Source: Camelus dromedarius (Eukaryota). From it: a stretch of DNA of 64,000 bases. The position numbers and the translations under genes were made by a program. The notes beneath the pieces were generated by a model. That model saw nothing but the letters and a program-made list of their open reading frames with translations. It was not told where the DNA came from and did not search any database. Below, piece by piece: positions 39,971 to 51,941 of this stretch; position 1 is the first letter of the stretch; each line of letters begins with the position of its first letter. The stretch lies in contig NC_087449.1 in assembly GCF_036321535.1 (NCBI RefSeq), positions 35,154,001-35,218,000 of the forward strand, read 5' to 3'.

Positions 39971-40534
39971 GGTATATTTTAAGTAGTATTGTCAGGGAAG
40001 ACCTCTCCAGTAATGTTAACATGAGACCTGAATGAAGTAAAAGTCAGGCAGATACCTGAAAAAAGAGCAGTCTAGGCAGAGGAAATTACAGGGGCAAATG
40101 ACTTTGCACTGTTGATGTCTCTCTTCATTTCAACATCAGAATATTTTCCTTTCTGTTGAGTTCAGTCATGCTCTCACTTTTAAATACTTTATCCAGGTTA
40201 AGAAAAAAATACTTAACTAACTCTTTTATAACCTTGGCAAAGGGCAATTTTTTGTTGTTGTTGTTTTAAACAGAACTTAGGAGCCAAATAAGAAAAGACT
40301 GGTAATATTTTTAGAAGGCCAAATCAACATAAGCAAAGTAGAAATACAAATGAAAAGTCTGATTAAAAAGTACTTTGATCTCTCTTCTCCCTACCTTACA
40401 CTTCATCTGGCTGACTCCACCTCATCGTTAATAATCAGCTTAAGGGTCATTTCCTCCAGAAACCTTGCCTGACGCCTATAAGGGCAACCCTCTTTGATGT
40501 TCCTTATGTTCCTATTCTTTTCTGAGCATGCCTG

Positions 40535-41174
40535 TGATGCAGGAAAAATGGATGTGGGGCATGAGAAGGGCTATGTCCCAGGCTTCAGTTGAGTCCCTGG
40601 GACGTGCCCCGCCAAGTGTGGGTCCTTGGCTTCACGCAGGAAAGAATTCAAGAGCGAGTCACAGTTGAGTAAAGGTAGATTTATCCAGAGATACCTTGAA
40701 AGGCAAGAGAAAGGCCACGAGGTGTGGGGGTTGGATGCTCAGATTAAAAGTAGGTACACACTCCATAGACAGAGTGTGGGCCCATCAGAGAGAGAGGGAG
40801 AGAGGCAGTGGCTGCGAGGCACCATGTTGCCAGTTCTTATGGACTCAGTGGCTTCACAGGCTAATAAGTCGAAGGACCCCTCTAACTAGTCTGGGGAAGG
40901 GGCTGGAATTCCCAGGAAGTTGACCATTTCCCACTCTTTGACCTTTTGTGGCTAGCCTTGGGACTGCCATGGCACCTGTGGGCATGTTATTCACCATGTT
41001 AATGTATTACAATGAGCGTGTAATGAAAGCTGAAGGTCTACTAGAAGTTAAATCTCCCACTATCTTGAGCCTCAAGGCCTATTCAAACCCTCAAGGGGTT
41101 GAATCTTGCGCCATTGTGGTGTTAATTGCTGTAGCATTCCTTGAATGGCTGTGCCCTGCCCTCTTCCTGTCTCA
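40535..41174 (-). mobile_element. ERV1-class solo LTR, 640 bp
   Basis: TG...CA ends with imperfect terminal inverted repeat TGATGCAGGAA / TTCCTGTCTCA; exact 4-bp TSD cctg (40531-40534, 41175-41178); ERV1 U5-like ctcgctcttgaattctttcctgcgtgaagccaaggaccc on the minus strand. Confidence 0.88.
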
Positions 41175-41928
41175 CCTGGATCACTGCTCTTACCATATTG
41201 TTTGGAAATTAATTGTAAACTGGATTTGTGCATGTTAACTCTTTTTTTCCCAATTAGTTTGTAAACATTATAAGCATGGATTTTTGATGTGAAATTACTG
41301 GAGATAGGTGAATTTCTTAGCACCATTCTAGTATTCTTTGGGTCTGCTACTTTCTGACTGCATGTCTTTGTATAAGTCAGTGTCTTCGAATCCCAATTTC
41401 ATCTTCTGTGTGGGATGATGACATTAATACAATTTAACAATGAGAATTAAATGAGTTCATGCATGTGAGAAATGTGATTATAACTTGAATATTTCTCTTA
41501 TTCTGTACCACATCTAACTCAGTGCCAGGCACATGGAAGGTGCCAATTTTAATAAATGTTTACAGAGGGAGTGGGTGAAGTCTAAAGGGAATATTTTGTC
41601 AGAAGTGAGGCACCCTGGTTTGTGGTATATGGGTGGCTGTCTGTGGCTGTTCTCCAGAGTCTACAGGAGATCTCTGGGGAAGGCAGACCACCCAAGGACA
41701 CTGAATGGCAGACGGGAAAACTAACTCCCAGGGCCTATGTGGGGGGCATTTCTATCCCATGCCGCATGCTGTGCCATTTCTCACAACAAAAAGGACGTCT
41801 CAGAATACTCCAGAGGATGTACACTACTTCCTGAAGAGGAGCTGACACCCACGAGAACTAAACCTGGTCCTGTCAGTGCTGATTTTCCCAGGCATTACAT
41901 CTCCTCTGCCCAGCTGGCATTTATCTAT

Positions 41929-42115
41929 CAATGCTATGCAACAGAACTTTCTGCAGTGATGGAAATGTTCTATATATATGCTGTCCAATATAGTAGCCAC
42001 TAGCCATACATGGCTATTGTGCAATGGACAGTAAATAACAATAAATAGCAATAAATGACAGTCTGACTAAATAACTAATTTTAAAATTTCACTTAAAATT
42101 TAAATTAAACAGTAC
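41929..42115 (+). mobile_element. MER3-like hAT-Charlie MITE
   Basis: cagaactttctgcagtgatggaaatgttctatat...gctgtccaatatagtagccactagccatacatggctatt. Confidence 0.85.
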
Positions 42116-42229
42116 CGTTCCATACAAACATGTTTGCTGATTTTTCAAATCACCATTAGATGAGAAACTTCCACGTGCTTCATACATTTTTGTAGATTAT
42201 TTACTACACAGTCTCTTGGTTTTCCTGGC

Positions 42230-42770
42230 TCTAAGTTACTCTCTACACAGCAACCAGAGCAGCTGACCAAGTCCCTGACCTGCTCAAAAACCTGTTAATG
42301 GGTTTCTGTTTGTTTCAGGATCCCCCATATATGAGTTCTCCAAGTCTGCCCTTACCTATTGATGCAGCCACTCCTGACACAACCTTCACTTCAGATACAT
42401 TTTTTCTTTGCCCAGGCTGTTCCTAGTGCCTCAACCATCCTTTCTCCCTTTTTGCCTAGCTTACTCCTACTTGCCTTTAAAGAGTCAGATTAGACACTCT
42501 CTCCTCCAGGAAGCTTTCCCTGAATATTCCTTTACCCATCCCCTCTATCCCAGGCTGGGTTGTATATTCTTCCTCTGGGTTTGCACAGCCTCCTATACTT
42601 TCCTCCATCAGAACACTGATCATGCTGGGTTGTAATTACTGATTAAATCTCTTTCCCCTTCTGGACTGTGAGCTCCCAGAAAGCACAGACAGTGTTATAC
42701 TCACATTTTTATCTCCAGTGTTTGCACAGGGTCTGCCTTAGCAGAGAATTCAAGGGATGTTTAACTGAAT
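42230..42770 (+). mobile_element. L2 LINE 3' fragment
   Basis: ctgctcaaaaacct..aatgg...ctccaggaagctttccctg...ggactgtgagctcccagaaagcacagac. Confidence 0.7.
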
Positions 42771-44832
42771 TATTCCAAAACGTTTTAGGTTCTTCATTTA
42801 CTGGATTTAAACTTGTCAAATGCATTTTAATCTATCACTCCATTTGTGACTTATAGAATTCTTTGTGGCAGGTAGGGCCTTAGTCTCAGTTTGCTGGAAA
42901 AGGAAACTGAGGCTCAATGAGTACAAGTGATTTGCCTAAGATTATAAAGCTATCAGGGCAGAGTTTGATTAGAACCTGGATCTTCAAACTCCTTTTCCCC
43001 CACATTCTTATATTTAATGAAGCTCCTTTGTCCTTCAGTATTCAGTGACCCCTCTCACATTGAAATTCCTACAGCCCTCATAGACTTTACCAGTCATTAG
43101 GATTGATTTGTGAAAGCTTAAGTGTTTTCATCTTCATGGCTTGTGAATTTTAAACTGCTCAAATGTGAGGGATATTTCTGACGGGTATTTTTCTCTAACT
43201 TTCTATGGAATATTCTTGTGGTGCCCACACCTTATCCCTGATTTTAGTGCAGATGAATGGACAGTTCCAGGCATGTTGCTAAGCAACCCAATCCCAAGCT
43301 TTCTGGTCCCACTGCTTTTCTGCCTCAAGGCTTTCTCTCAAGCCCTAGAAGGCTGCTTAGCTCTGGGGAAGCATAACCAGGAAATGTGAAAGAGTTTTTA
43401 AGCTGATAACCCTCAACCAATGGGGACAGAAACTGAAGTAAAAGACCCTGTTCTTGTGGGACAATGCTGAGGCACATTCTACATGATTCTTCAGAAGGTC
43501 TCCAGTGGGATTAAGTTCAGCTTCCATTAAAGCTCAATAACCCACATTTTTCTTGGCTTTTTTCCTCTCCCTCTTTCACTCTCCACACCTCACTTCTGTT
43601 TCATAGACTTACCTCCCAAACATGTTACTAGCACTCAGGTCCTTGCCTCAGGCTGTGCTTTTGGGGAACCCAAATGAAGAAACTACCTAACTATACAGAA
43701 CTTCTTTAGAGACAACACTTGACCCTATGCAGTTTGTGTTAGAGTGGTACTGGACTCTCAGTTTCATCACTGATCCCCACACTCCATGCCTTGACTCATG
43801 CTGTTCCCTCTGCCTGGCACACTTTTCTTCTCCTCCCCCTTGCTGGCAGCTATGCATTCTTCAGGACTCAGCTAGTGTATCCACTCCTCTCTGAAGTCTT
43901 CACTGATTAGCAACCGCCTCCACCCCACCCCCACCCCCACCCCGGCTTCCATCTCTCTGATCCTGTAACACTTCCAAAACTAGTTAACTTCTGTCAAAGT
44001 CATTCTCTCTTTTCATTTCTCTGCGAGCCCCTCGAGGGGTACGGGCCTGGCTAGCAAGGTATTTGGTAAAAAAAATAAGTGCTCAGTAAACCTGGTAGAA
44101 ATGTGCAAGTGTGAACTTAGAAATCATTTTTCATTCCATAAACATTTACTTAGTACTTCCTTTGTGTTATGGGTTTTACAAAGAAGACACTGACCCTAGG
44201 TATAAGGAAGCTTACTGTCAAGTGAGGAAAAGAGAAATACGTAATGTATAAAGCATTGTTAAGTGTTAGGACAAGGATGCACGGGGGACTGAAAGGACAG
44301 AGCAGTTCAGTAAACAAGAATGTTATACTTTGGTCTTAGGAGGTAGTGGTGATTCACCAGAGATGGGAAAGAGCATCCTGGGTACACTGGGAAATACACC
44401 AGCGAAAGAGAAGACTTTTCTTGAGCTGGGTAATGGTGCAGTTGTAGAGGGGCGAGGAGCCTGAATCTGTTGGCCCTCCATGTGTTTGGAGTGGGCGCGG
44501 GGCACATAATTATTGATTCTCAGGGCATTTCAGTTGAAGATAAAAGTTACTCAGTACTTCGACCACGGCCAGGTGCACCGTGGAGAGAAGCGCCGGGAAA
44601 TCAGAGTCCTGTCCCAGGCTCCCAAAGTTGAGTACCAAGCACGGAAAAGCCGACCCATCTAGCTGTGCGGTCAGCACGGGAACCTGCGTTCGCAGCAGGT
44701 GAGCGGGATCCCCCAGCCGACCTGGTCCCGCGCCCAGAGGCAGTCGAGCATGCTCAGTTGCCAGGACTGGGTGGCCCAGTTGCAGGAGAGAAGCGCGGCG
44801 GAATCCCAGCCCCGCCGGCGCCCGGCCTTGGA

Positions 44833-44892
44833 AGGCGGGAGGGTAGGCGGAGGAGTAGGCGGGGGGGTAAGCGGGGGGGTAGGCGGGGGGGT
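44833..44892 (+). repeat. 5 x 12-bp G-rich tandem array (AGGCGGGGGGGT consensus)
   Basis: Units: aggcgggagggt, aggcggaggagt, aggcgggggggt, aagcgggggggt, aggcgggggggt. Confidence 0.95.
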
Positions 44893-44969
44893 TGGGGCGG
44901 GGCCTCGGACGTACGCTTGCTCCCAGCCCGCCCCCCGCCACGCGCCGGCCACCCGCACGCCGGCCGCCC

Positions 44970-44983
44970 GTTGCCCTGGCAAC
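44970..44983. promoter_or_regulatory. RFX X-box
   Basis: GTTGCCCTGGCAAC, 13/14 match to the palindromic X-box GTTGCCATGGCAAC, about 110 bp upstream of the AGBL4 ATG. Confidence 0.75.
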
Positions 44984-45094
44984 CGTCGTGCCGCGTCTTC
45001 CTGAGGGAGTTCCTATCAGCCCGCGGATCCCATCGCCCGCTCCCCATTGCCCGGCGATTTTCGCGTGGGCTCAGAGGAAGAGGGACAACAAAAA

Positions 45095-45128
45095 ATGGCG
45101 GAGCGGAGCCAGACGGCGCCTGAGGCAG
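45095..45128 (+). CDS. AGBL4: Coding exon 1 of cytosolic carboxypeptidase 6 (AGBL4/CCP6): MAERSQTAPEA-G, phase-1 donor
   Basis: aaaaaATGGCGGAGCGGAGCCAGACGGCGCCTGAGGCAG|GTctg; the peptide matches the recalled mammalian AGBL4 N-terminus (MAERSQTAPEAG / MAEGSQSAPEAG); lies in a CpG island. Confidence 0.9.
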
Positions 45129-46071
45129 GTCTGTGGGGGCGGTCGAACAGGGGAAGCGCTGAGGCAGCGCGGCTGTCCTGGGCCTGAGGGGACGGCGGAC
45201 TTGGGCATGGCGCTACTCCTGAGGAGGCGCCTTGCGTGTTTGCGCGGTAGGGCTCTGACCTCGGGGTCGGGGGTCAAGGGAGGAGCGTACCCCTCTGAGT
45301 GGCAGCAGGGACCCCGGAGTCCCGGAGTCGCAGTGGTATGTTATGTGCACACTCCTGACAGAGCCTTGGCCCAGGAACGGCTGCGACCTCAGGGAAGACG
45401 CAGGACTGCCCTCCTGAGGGGCACCTGTGATGGGGTCTGATTGTAGGGATAGGCTGCGTCATGGAGAGGGTGTACACAATCCTCTGGGAATATGGGAGGG
45501 TTCCCTAAAGGGGCATGGTTTAGGGGAGAGGGGCTCTGATTCTGAGGAGGCAGGCGTAAGTAGGAGGAGTGTTACTTTAGTATCAGGCAGTGTCATGGAA
45601 TGGGGATATATGAGTATTTGTGCTTTGGGGAAGTGTAGTGCCTCAGAGTTACCCTGGTCACGGAGAAAGTATACAAATCCTAATATGAGTCCCTAAAAGG
45701 ACAATAGGCTTGAGGGGACACCCAGAGTCCCATTCCTTTAGTACCCTACCTAGAGAGGCTTGCACCTGAGTATGAGTGTATGTGGGATCAGTCATCCTGA
45801 AGGTCATTCAGAATCACAGAGGGTGCATATTCACCTATCTGTGGGTGGAGGGTAGTCTTTAAAGTGCTGGGAGACTGACAGAAAGGAAGGCCTAGGGTCC
45901 TGTTCCTGAAGGAACTCCCTTGTGAGTATGGCTGGGCTTGGAGAGATAGTGACCTAAGGGTCTTACAGGATCATAGAAGGGAGCAAGGGTTTTTTACAGT
46001 CCTGTGTATATGGGAGGGAGTTTGTCCCTAAAAGGAGCCTAGCTCTGAAGAACTGGAGTATCAAAGTGACA

Positions 46072-46073
<2 letters not shown>

Positions 46074-46114
<41 letters not shown>
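46074..46114. repeat. (TG)n microsatellite, about 20 units
   Basis: Direct reading. Confidence 0.97.
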
Positions 46115-46117
<3 letters not shown>

Positions 46118-46449
46118 AGAGCAGTGGCTTTGGGGATGTGTGTGGTAGTGGTTGATGCAAGTGGTATACATAATCTTGTGTATGTGTCCTGATTAGGTAT
46201 TTTGGTCACAAGAGTGACCCACTTGAATTATCCAGCCCTTGGAGATGGGAGAAGTAGGTGGTGGTTATGGTAAGACTGTACAGGTGCCTGGAACTGGAAA
46301 CTGTATGGAGCCATCAAGAGTGGTTCAAGAGACCATTATCTCTCAAGACCTGCATGGTTTCTTTCTTTCAGAGCATCTCTGTTTCTTCCACCATGTAGTT
46401 CCTCTACTCACTTAATAGTTGAAGCTCCCTGAATTTGAACACGCTCATT

Positions 46450-47390
46450 CCTCTCGTTATACATCTACTCAGCACATATCTGAGTGCCAACTATATGCCA
46501 GGCATCAAGTTAAGCACTGAAAACTCCCTGCTTGTGATTCTCTTACCTTATTTTTTTTTTCTTTTCTTCCCTCCCGTATACTTACAGCCTTCACACATAT
46601 TATTTAATCTGCTTATTTTTATTGCTTATTGCCTGTCTTCCTCTTCTACAATGTAAGCTCCATGAAGGCAAGGGTCTTTCTTGTGTTTATCAATCCCACA
46701 TGTCTAGAGCCATACCTGGTATGGAGTTAAGTTACTAACAAATATTTGTTAAGTGAATGATGAGTGACCTGATATAATCTAGATGTTCAAGGAGCTTTCC
46801 CTGAGGAACTGAAAGGAGACAAGTGAGGCTGCATGTAGGGTAACAGGAGGAGAAAAGTGGTAAACTGAAGCAGATCTTGCAGGGCCTTGGAGGCCAAGAT
46901 AAGAATTGGTCAAAAATCCTAAAATGTAGAGAAGGAGTTTGGAAATATTTAAGAGACATAATTAATAGGACTTAGTAAAAGATGGGAATGCGGGAGAAGG
47001 ATGTATAAAAGTGTACTTCTAATTTTTAATTTGTGTAATTGAATAGTTGGGGGTGCCATTATGGAGACAGAGAATCCTAGAGGGGATCTTGGCTAGATGT
47101 GAGAGGGAAGATCATGAGTTTGATTTTGGACATATGGAACCCGAGGTATCTTTTAAAACAACCAAATAAGTGGAGAGATTGACAAAGCAGTTGAATTTAC
47201 AAGAAAGTCTGAGGTAGCGTGGAGTTAATTGCTGAAGCCGTAAGTGTGGATGAAATTGCTTAGAGAGAGAGTTAAGAGTGTGGGCAGAAGAAGCCTGGGA
47301 TGAAGTGTTGAGTAGTGGCAGTATTTCAGTGCCTTCCAATGAGACTGAGAAGTTTCAACTAGGGAGAAAAAAGGACATCCAAAAGAATAT
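46450..47390. mobile_element. L2 fragments (plus-strand piece about 46520-46765 inside a minus-strand L2)
   Basis: atgtaagctccatgaaggcaagg (plus) and gagtttgattttggacatatggaacccgagg...gagagtctgagg-like text (minus). Confidence 0.65.
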
Positions 47391-47541
47391 TTCAAGTANN
47401 NNNNNNNNNNNNNNNNNNNNNNNNNNNNNNNNNNNNNNNNNNNNNNNNNNNNNNNNNNNNNNNNNNNNNNNNNNNNNNNNNNNNNNNNNNNNNNNNNNNN
47501 NNNNNNNNNNNNNNNNNNNNNNNNNNNNNNNNNNNNNNNNN

Positions 47542-47997
47542 ATATCTATTACTTAGCCATAAAAAAGAATGAAATAATGCCATTTGCAGCAACACGGATG
47601 GACCTAGAGATTATCATACTAAGCCAGAAAGACAAATACCATATATCACTTATATGTGGAATCTAAGAAAATGGTACAAATGAACTTATTTACAAAACAG
47701 AACTAGACTCACCGACAGAAAACAAACTTACGGTTACCAAAGGAGAAAGGGAGGAGAAATAAATTAGGAGTTTGGGATTAACAGAAACACACTACAGTAT
47801 CTAAAATAGATAAACAACAAGAACCTACTGTATAGCACAGGGAACTATATTCAATATCTCATAACAATCTGTAATGGAAAAAAAATGTGAAAAAGAATAG
47901 AATTATATATACATACATACATACATATATATGTATAACTGAATCACTTTACTGTATACCTGGAACATTCTAAATCAACTATACGTCAATAAAAAAG
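47542..47997 (+). mobile_element. Young L1 3' end (preceded by N run 47399-47541)
   Basis: gccataaaaaagaatgaaataatgccatttgcagcaacacggatggacctagag...atagcacagggaactatattcaatatc...aaatcaactatacgtcaataaaaaa. Confidence 0.92.
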
Positions 47998-49853
47998 ATA
48001 AGTGACATATTCATTAGCTTGAATACAAGAAGGAAGACTGAGAAAATAGATTTAGCAACATATTTAACGTTATTAATAACCTTGATAAAAGAAAATTGGT
48101 GAAGGTAGGAGCCAAACTATTTAACTTCTGTTAACTGACTCAATCTTCTTTTTTTAATTCAGATTCCCAAGAGAGAGAATCTGATTGACACACGTCATTT
48201 TTTCCCACCAAATCATGTCACAGATTACAGAGGTGTAGGATTGACTTTGAATTAGGTGTCCAGCTATTGCTGGCTAGAGTTACCTGGTACAAAATATGTC
48301 TGTTTGGTGATTTCTTATCTCAAGAGCAATAGCTAACATTTCTGGAGTGTTTATTATGTGCCAGACATTGTACTAAGTGCTTTAAATGTTTTAATCCACT
48401 TCAGCATTGTAACTACTCTCTAAGGTATTATCTTTATTTAATATGTGAAGTTTTGGCACAGAGAAGTTAAACGACTTGCTCAATCTGCAAATAATTAGTG
48501 TAAGATTGTCGTTTTTTGGCTATTTTAACATTATCTAGATTCATTATTTGGGCTTCTGTTTGTATTGCAACATGTTACATACAGCAGAAATAATGCCATG
48601 ATGAAGATTCCTGCCCTATTGGAAATATTCTAAGCTAAGCATACATTAGCAGGGTGGAGCGGAAAGAACTGGAGCTCAGATCCCTGTTTAGATCCTTTTT
48701 AAAATCTTGTTTCTATGACTTATTAGATATGAACTTTGGATTCAAATTTTCTGATCTTCAGTTTCCTCATCTGTGAAATGGGGATGATATTTTCAGGATA
48801 ACTGAATATTAGAGATAATGTATCTGAAGAGCCAAATGCATGGTGTTTCTTTAATTCCCCTGAAGCTTGAATATAAAAAATTCAAATGTATTACATATAT
48901 TTTACATGTAAATGCAAGCTTTAAACATACAATGATTAAGATAAGACTTTTTTTCATTTTTCTCCATTAGCATAATTGATTTCCTGTCAGGAGCGAGGCA
49001 GAGGCCAGTCTTGGTGAATGTAGAATTGTTAGCTGAACTGTGTCATGGGAGGAGTCTCTGTATGAGATGGATTTTGAGGAATTTCTTGAAGGAGTGAAGG
49101 GACACTTAGGATTTTTTTTTTTTTTCAAACATGCAGATAGCCCTGTAAGATGGTCAGATTTGCAAAAGGAAGTTTTTTTTCTTTTAAATATTATACTTTA
49201 AAATGAGAACATGACTGTTAGAGTTTTTCTTTTTCTCCAACAATTTGGCCATTAATAATAATACAAAAGAAATGTTACGGTTAACTAAATGTGGAAGTAT
49301 TAGTCTCAGGCTAGATTGTACCTGCTTCAGTTTCTCAGATTCTTCTCCCTCCTTTCCAACTATCATAAAAAAAAGTTTTTGTTTGAGTTACCTGGTAAAA
49401 TAATTTGTTTTCCTTATTGCCAAGTTTGTTTCTTTTGTGAAGGCCCATGTAGACCAGAAGTTTTAGAATAATGCAGTCGGTTAAAATGGTCTGAACCTTG
49501 ACCACTTTCTCTGTAAACAAAGTGAGTATTTTAAAAGAAGCAACTTTACATTATCTGAAATTATCTCTAGACAGAACCTTGAAATTTTAAAGAGACTTAG
49601 AAGTGAAAATAATTTTTTCTATCATTTGTTAATAGTTGGGCAAAATAGTTAAACTTTTTTTGCTTTACTTTCTTTATTTGTAAATTGGGGATAGTGACAC
49701 CTACTTTTCAGGTGACAGTTAGAGATAAGGTGTGGAAAATGCACAACGTCTTACACCCCCAAAGAAATTGTAGCTTAATTGGTATATGCACGCGTTTGTG
49801 CGCCTTTTCCTGAAGGCTTACTAGCAAAATCACCTTTAAAATAAGAGGAAATC

Positions 49854-50178
49854 CAGGTCTGTAGTCCCTTATTGTGCACCCTTACGTGTAAATATATTTC
49901 AGAATTTGGGTTTTTTTTTTTTTTTGATTATGGAAAGGCAGTGCAGCATATGTACTGCTTATTATATAACACCCCTAGTAGGGCATGGGAGAGTACCCTG
50001 TAATCAAACACACTCGTATCACATTCACACTAATTGAATAAAAGTTATAAATGGCTTCACATCAATTTAGGTTAAGTTTTGCTTACAGATTAGTTTTGGC
50101 ACCAAAGTTATGGAAAAAAAATCACTGTTTTTAGAGATTTAAAGATTTTGGAATTGTGGAAAAGGAAATGTGGACTTT
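49854..50178 (+). mobile_element. MER46C-like TcMar-Tigger element
   Basis: caggtctgtagtcccttatt...aacacccctagtagggcatgggagagtaccctgtaatcaaacac...tggaattgtggaaaaggaaatgtggact. Confidence 0.8.
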
Positions 50179-51149
50179 TACCCCTTTTTAGAAATATTTT
50201 AAAACTTCAAACTTTTTTTATTACCTTTATATCTTCTGTAACGTCAGTGAGCTTAGATTTATTAAAAATCCCAAAAGTATTGGGACAGAAAGCACCTTTT
50301 GTTTCCATGATGCTTATGTGATTGTTCTTTTTAAGAATCTCTGATAATGTCTGTCTTTCTGATATTTGTGAATGTTGCATTTGGCTTCAGTTTCAGTCTC
50401 TTGGATCAGTGTCATTTTCAATGAGAGATACTTGAGAACTGTATGCTTTAAGAAGGTCAGAAGGATGCCCATATTTTGCATACATGTTCTTAACAAAGTC
50501 ACACCTGTGTCTTTGAGTCCTTTAAGAACAGCACAGTCTTATGTGAGTTTCAAAATATTTTTATTGTTAAATTTCAGCAATGGAGTAGGTGTTAAATTTT
50601 TCGATTTCAGAAAAATTTTCATTCATAGCTGAATTTGATTTTTCTGCTTATAAAAATTATTGCAAGTGTGAAAGCTTAAATAATTCATTAATGGTGTTCA
50701 CTATGTGGAAATATGATAATTTTTACTTTTTGTATTTCCCATTTATTTAATTGGATTCATAAAAGAAGTTTCTCTTCTTTTCAAACTCTGAAGGAAGAAG
50801 TTTTTGTCATATATTTTTGAGAACTATTGATTGTGAATATTTGAGTCTTTAAATAGGCTTTCAAAATAATGTACTTGCATGTCAACTGAAGGAAAACAAA
50901 ACAGGCAAACATAAAGGCTTCTAGAATTTTCCGTAAGATTGAAAACTTTTATATTGGATTAGAGACTCCTAAATAAAAACTTTCAACAATGTTATGGAAA
51001 AAATATCTGAGATTTGGTATAAGGGAATGGGAAAAACAATCTGCCAGCAATTATAATTTGCTTGCCTTTTTTTGGAGTCTTAGAAGTTACTAATTGTAGT
51101 ATATTAATCTCTATGTCATGTTTTGTGAAAGAAATCACTATGTTGTGGA

Positions 51150-51540
51150 CTGTGTTATTCATTTAAAAATTATTCATTCAAAAATATGTATTGAATACCT
51201 ACTATGTACCAGGCATTGTGCAAAACTCTGGAAATTCAGAGATATGTTAGACAAAGTTCCTGCTTTTAAGGAGCTCCCATCCTAGTGGAGGAGAAACAGA
51301 GTTAGAAAATTACCATCCAGGCAATGACAGAGTTGTATACAGAATTCTGAGGCCAGAAAATGGTTCCCTGACAACCTGGGGGCGATGGCAGTTATAGTTC
51401 AGCAAAGCTTCATGGAGGAAGGACAAATGAGTTGAGGCTTGAATGACAGAAAGGAGTTAGTCCAGTGATGTTAGTAGGCAGAGGGCCTAGGAGAGGAGTG
51501 ATGGAAGAGAGAGAGAACAACATGTGCACAGAAAAGTTGT
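51150..51540 (-). mobile_element. L2 LINE 3' fragment
   Basis: attcattcaaaaatatgtattgaatacctactatgtaccaggcattgtg...gttgaggcttgaatgacagaaagga. Confidence 0.7.
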
Positions 51541-51941
51541 GTGGTTAGGGAATAAAGCTTATGCAGAACATTGCTAGTATTGCTCATCTATTGACAGAGC
51601 TAAAGACTATTCCTTCCTAACCCTTCACCCTCATCCCTCCATATTTGTCCTTAAACACTTCTGGGATCATAAATCCCTTTGACTATGTAATGAAAAGAAA
51701 ATAAATTCTTTCTCATGAAAATGCATGCTATGTGTAGACACAAAAAAATTTGAAAATGATTTCAAGAGATAATGTCCATCCTCAGAAACCCAGGTTAAGA
51801 AATTCTTTGTTAGTTATCAGGTTACATTTAAGAATCTGAAATCTTCAAAGTAGGAATACTTTGGTGGAAAGGGTTGATCTAATAACATCTGGGCTAGAGC
51901 AATCCAAAGCAAATGTTTTGAAATTAAACAGATAAGATTTA

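Larger units (their letters stand above)
44545..45400. promoter_or_regulatory. AGBL4: CpG island promoter of AGBL4
   Basis: GC/CpG-rich block with GC boxes (ggggcggggc 44894-44903) spanning the ATG and first donor. Confidence 0.9.

Noticed and set aside
43915-43945. (CCCCA)n run that could form a G-quadruplex on the minus strand
   Set aside because: Short simple repeat inside probable L2-derived sequence; a common feature with no further support.
44510-45440. Multiple long ORFs over the AGBL4 CpG island
   Set aside because: Same GC artefact; the real coding part is the 34-nt exon ending at the GT donor.
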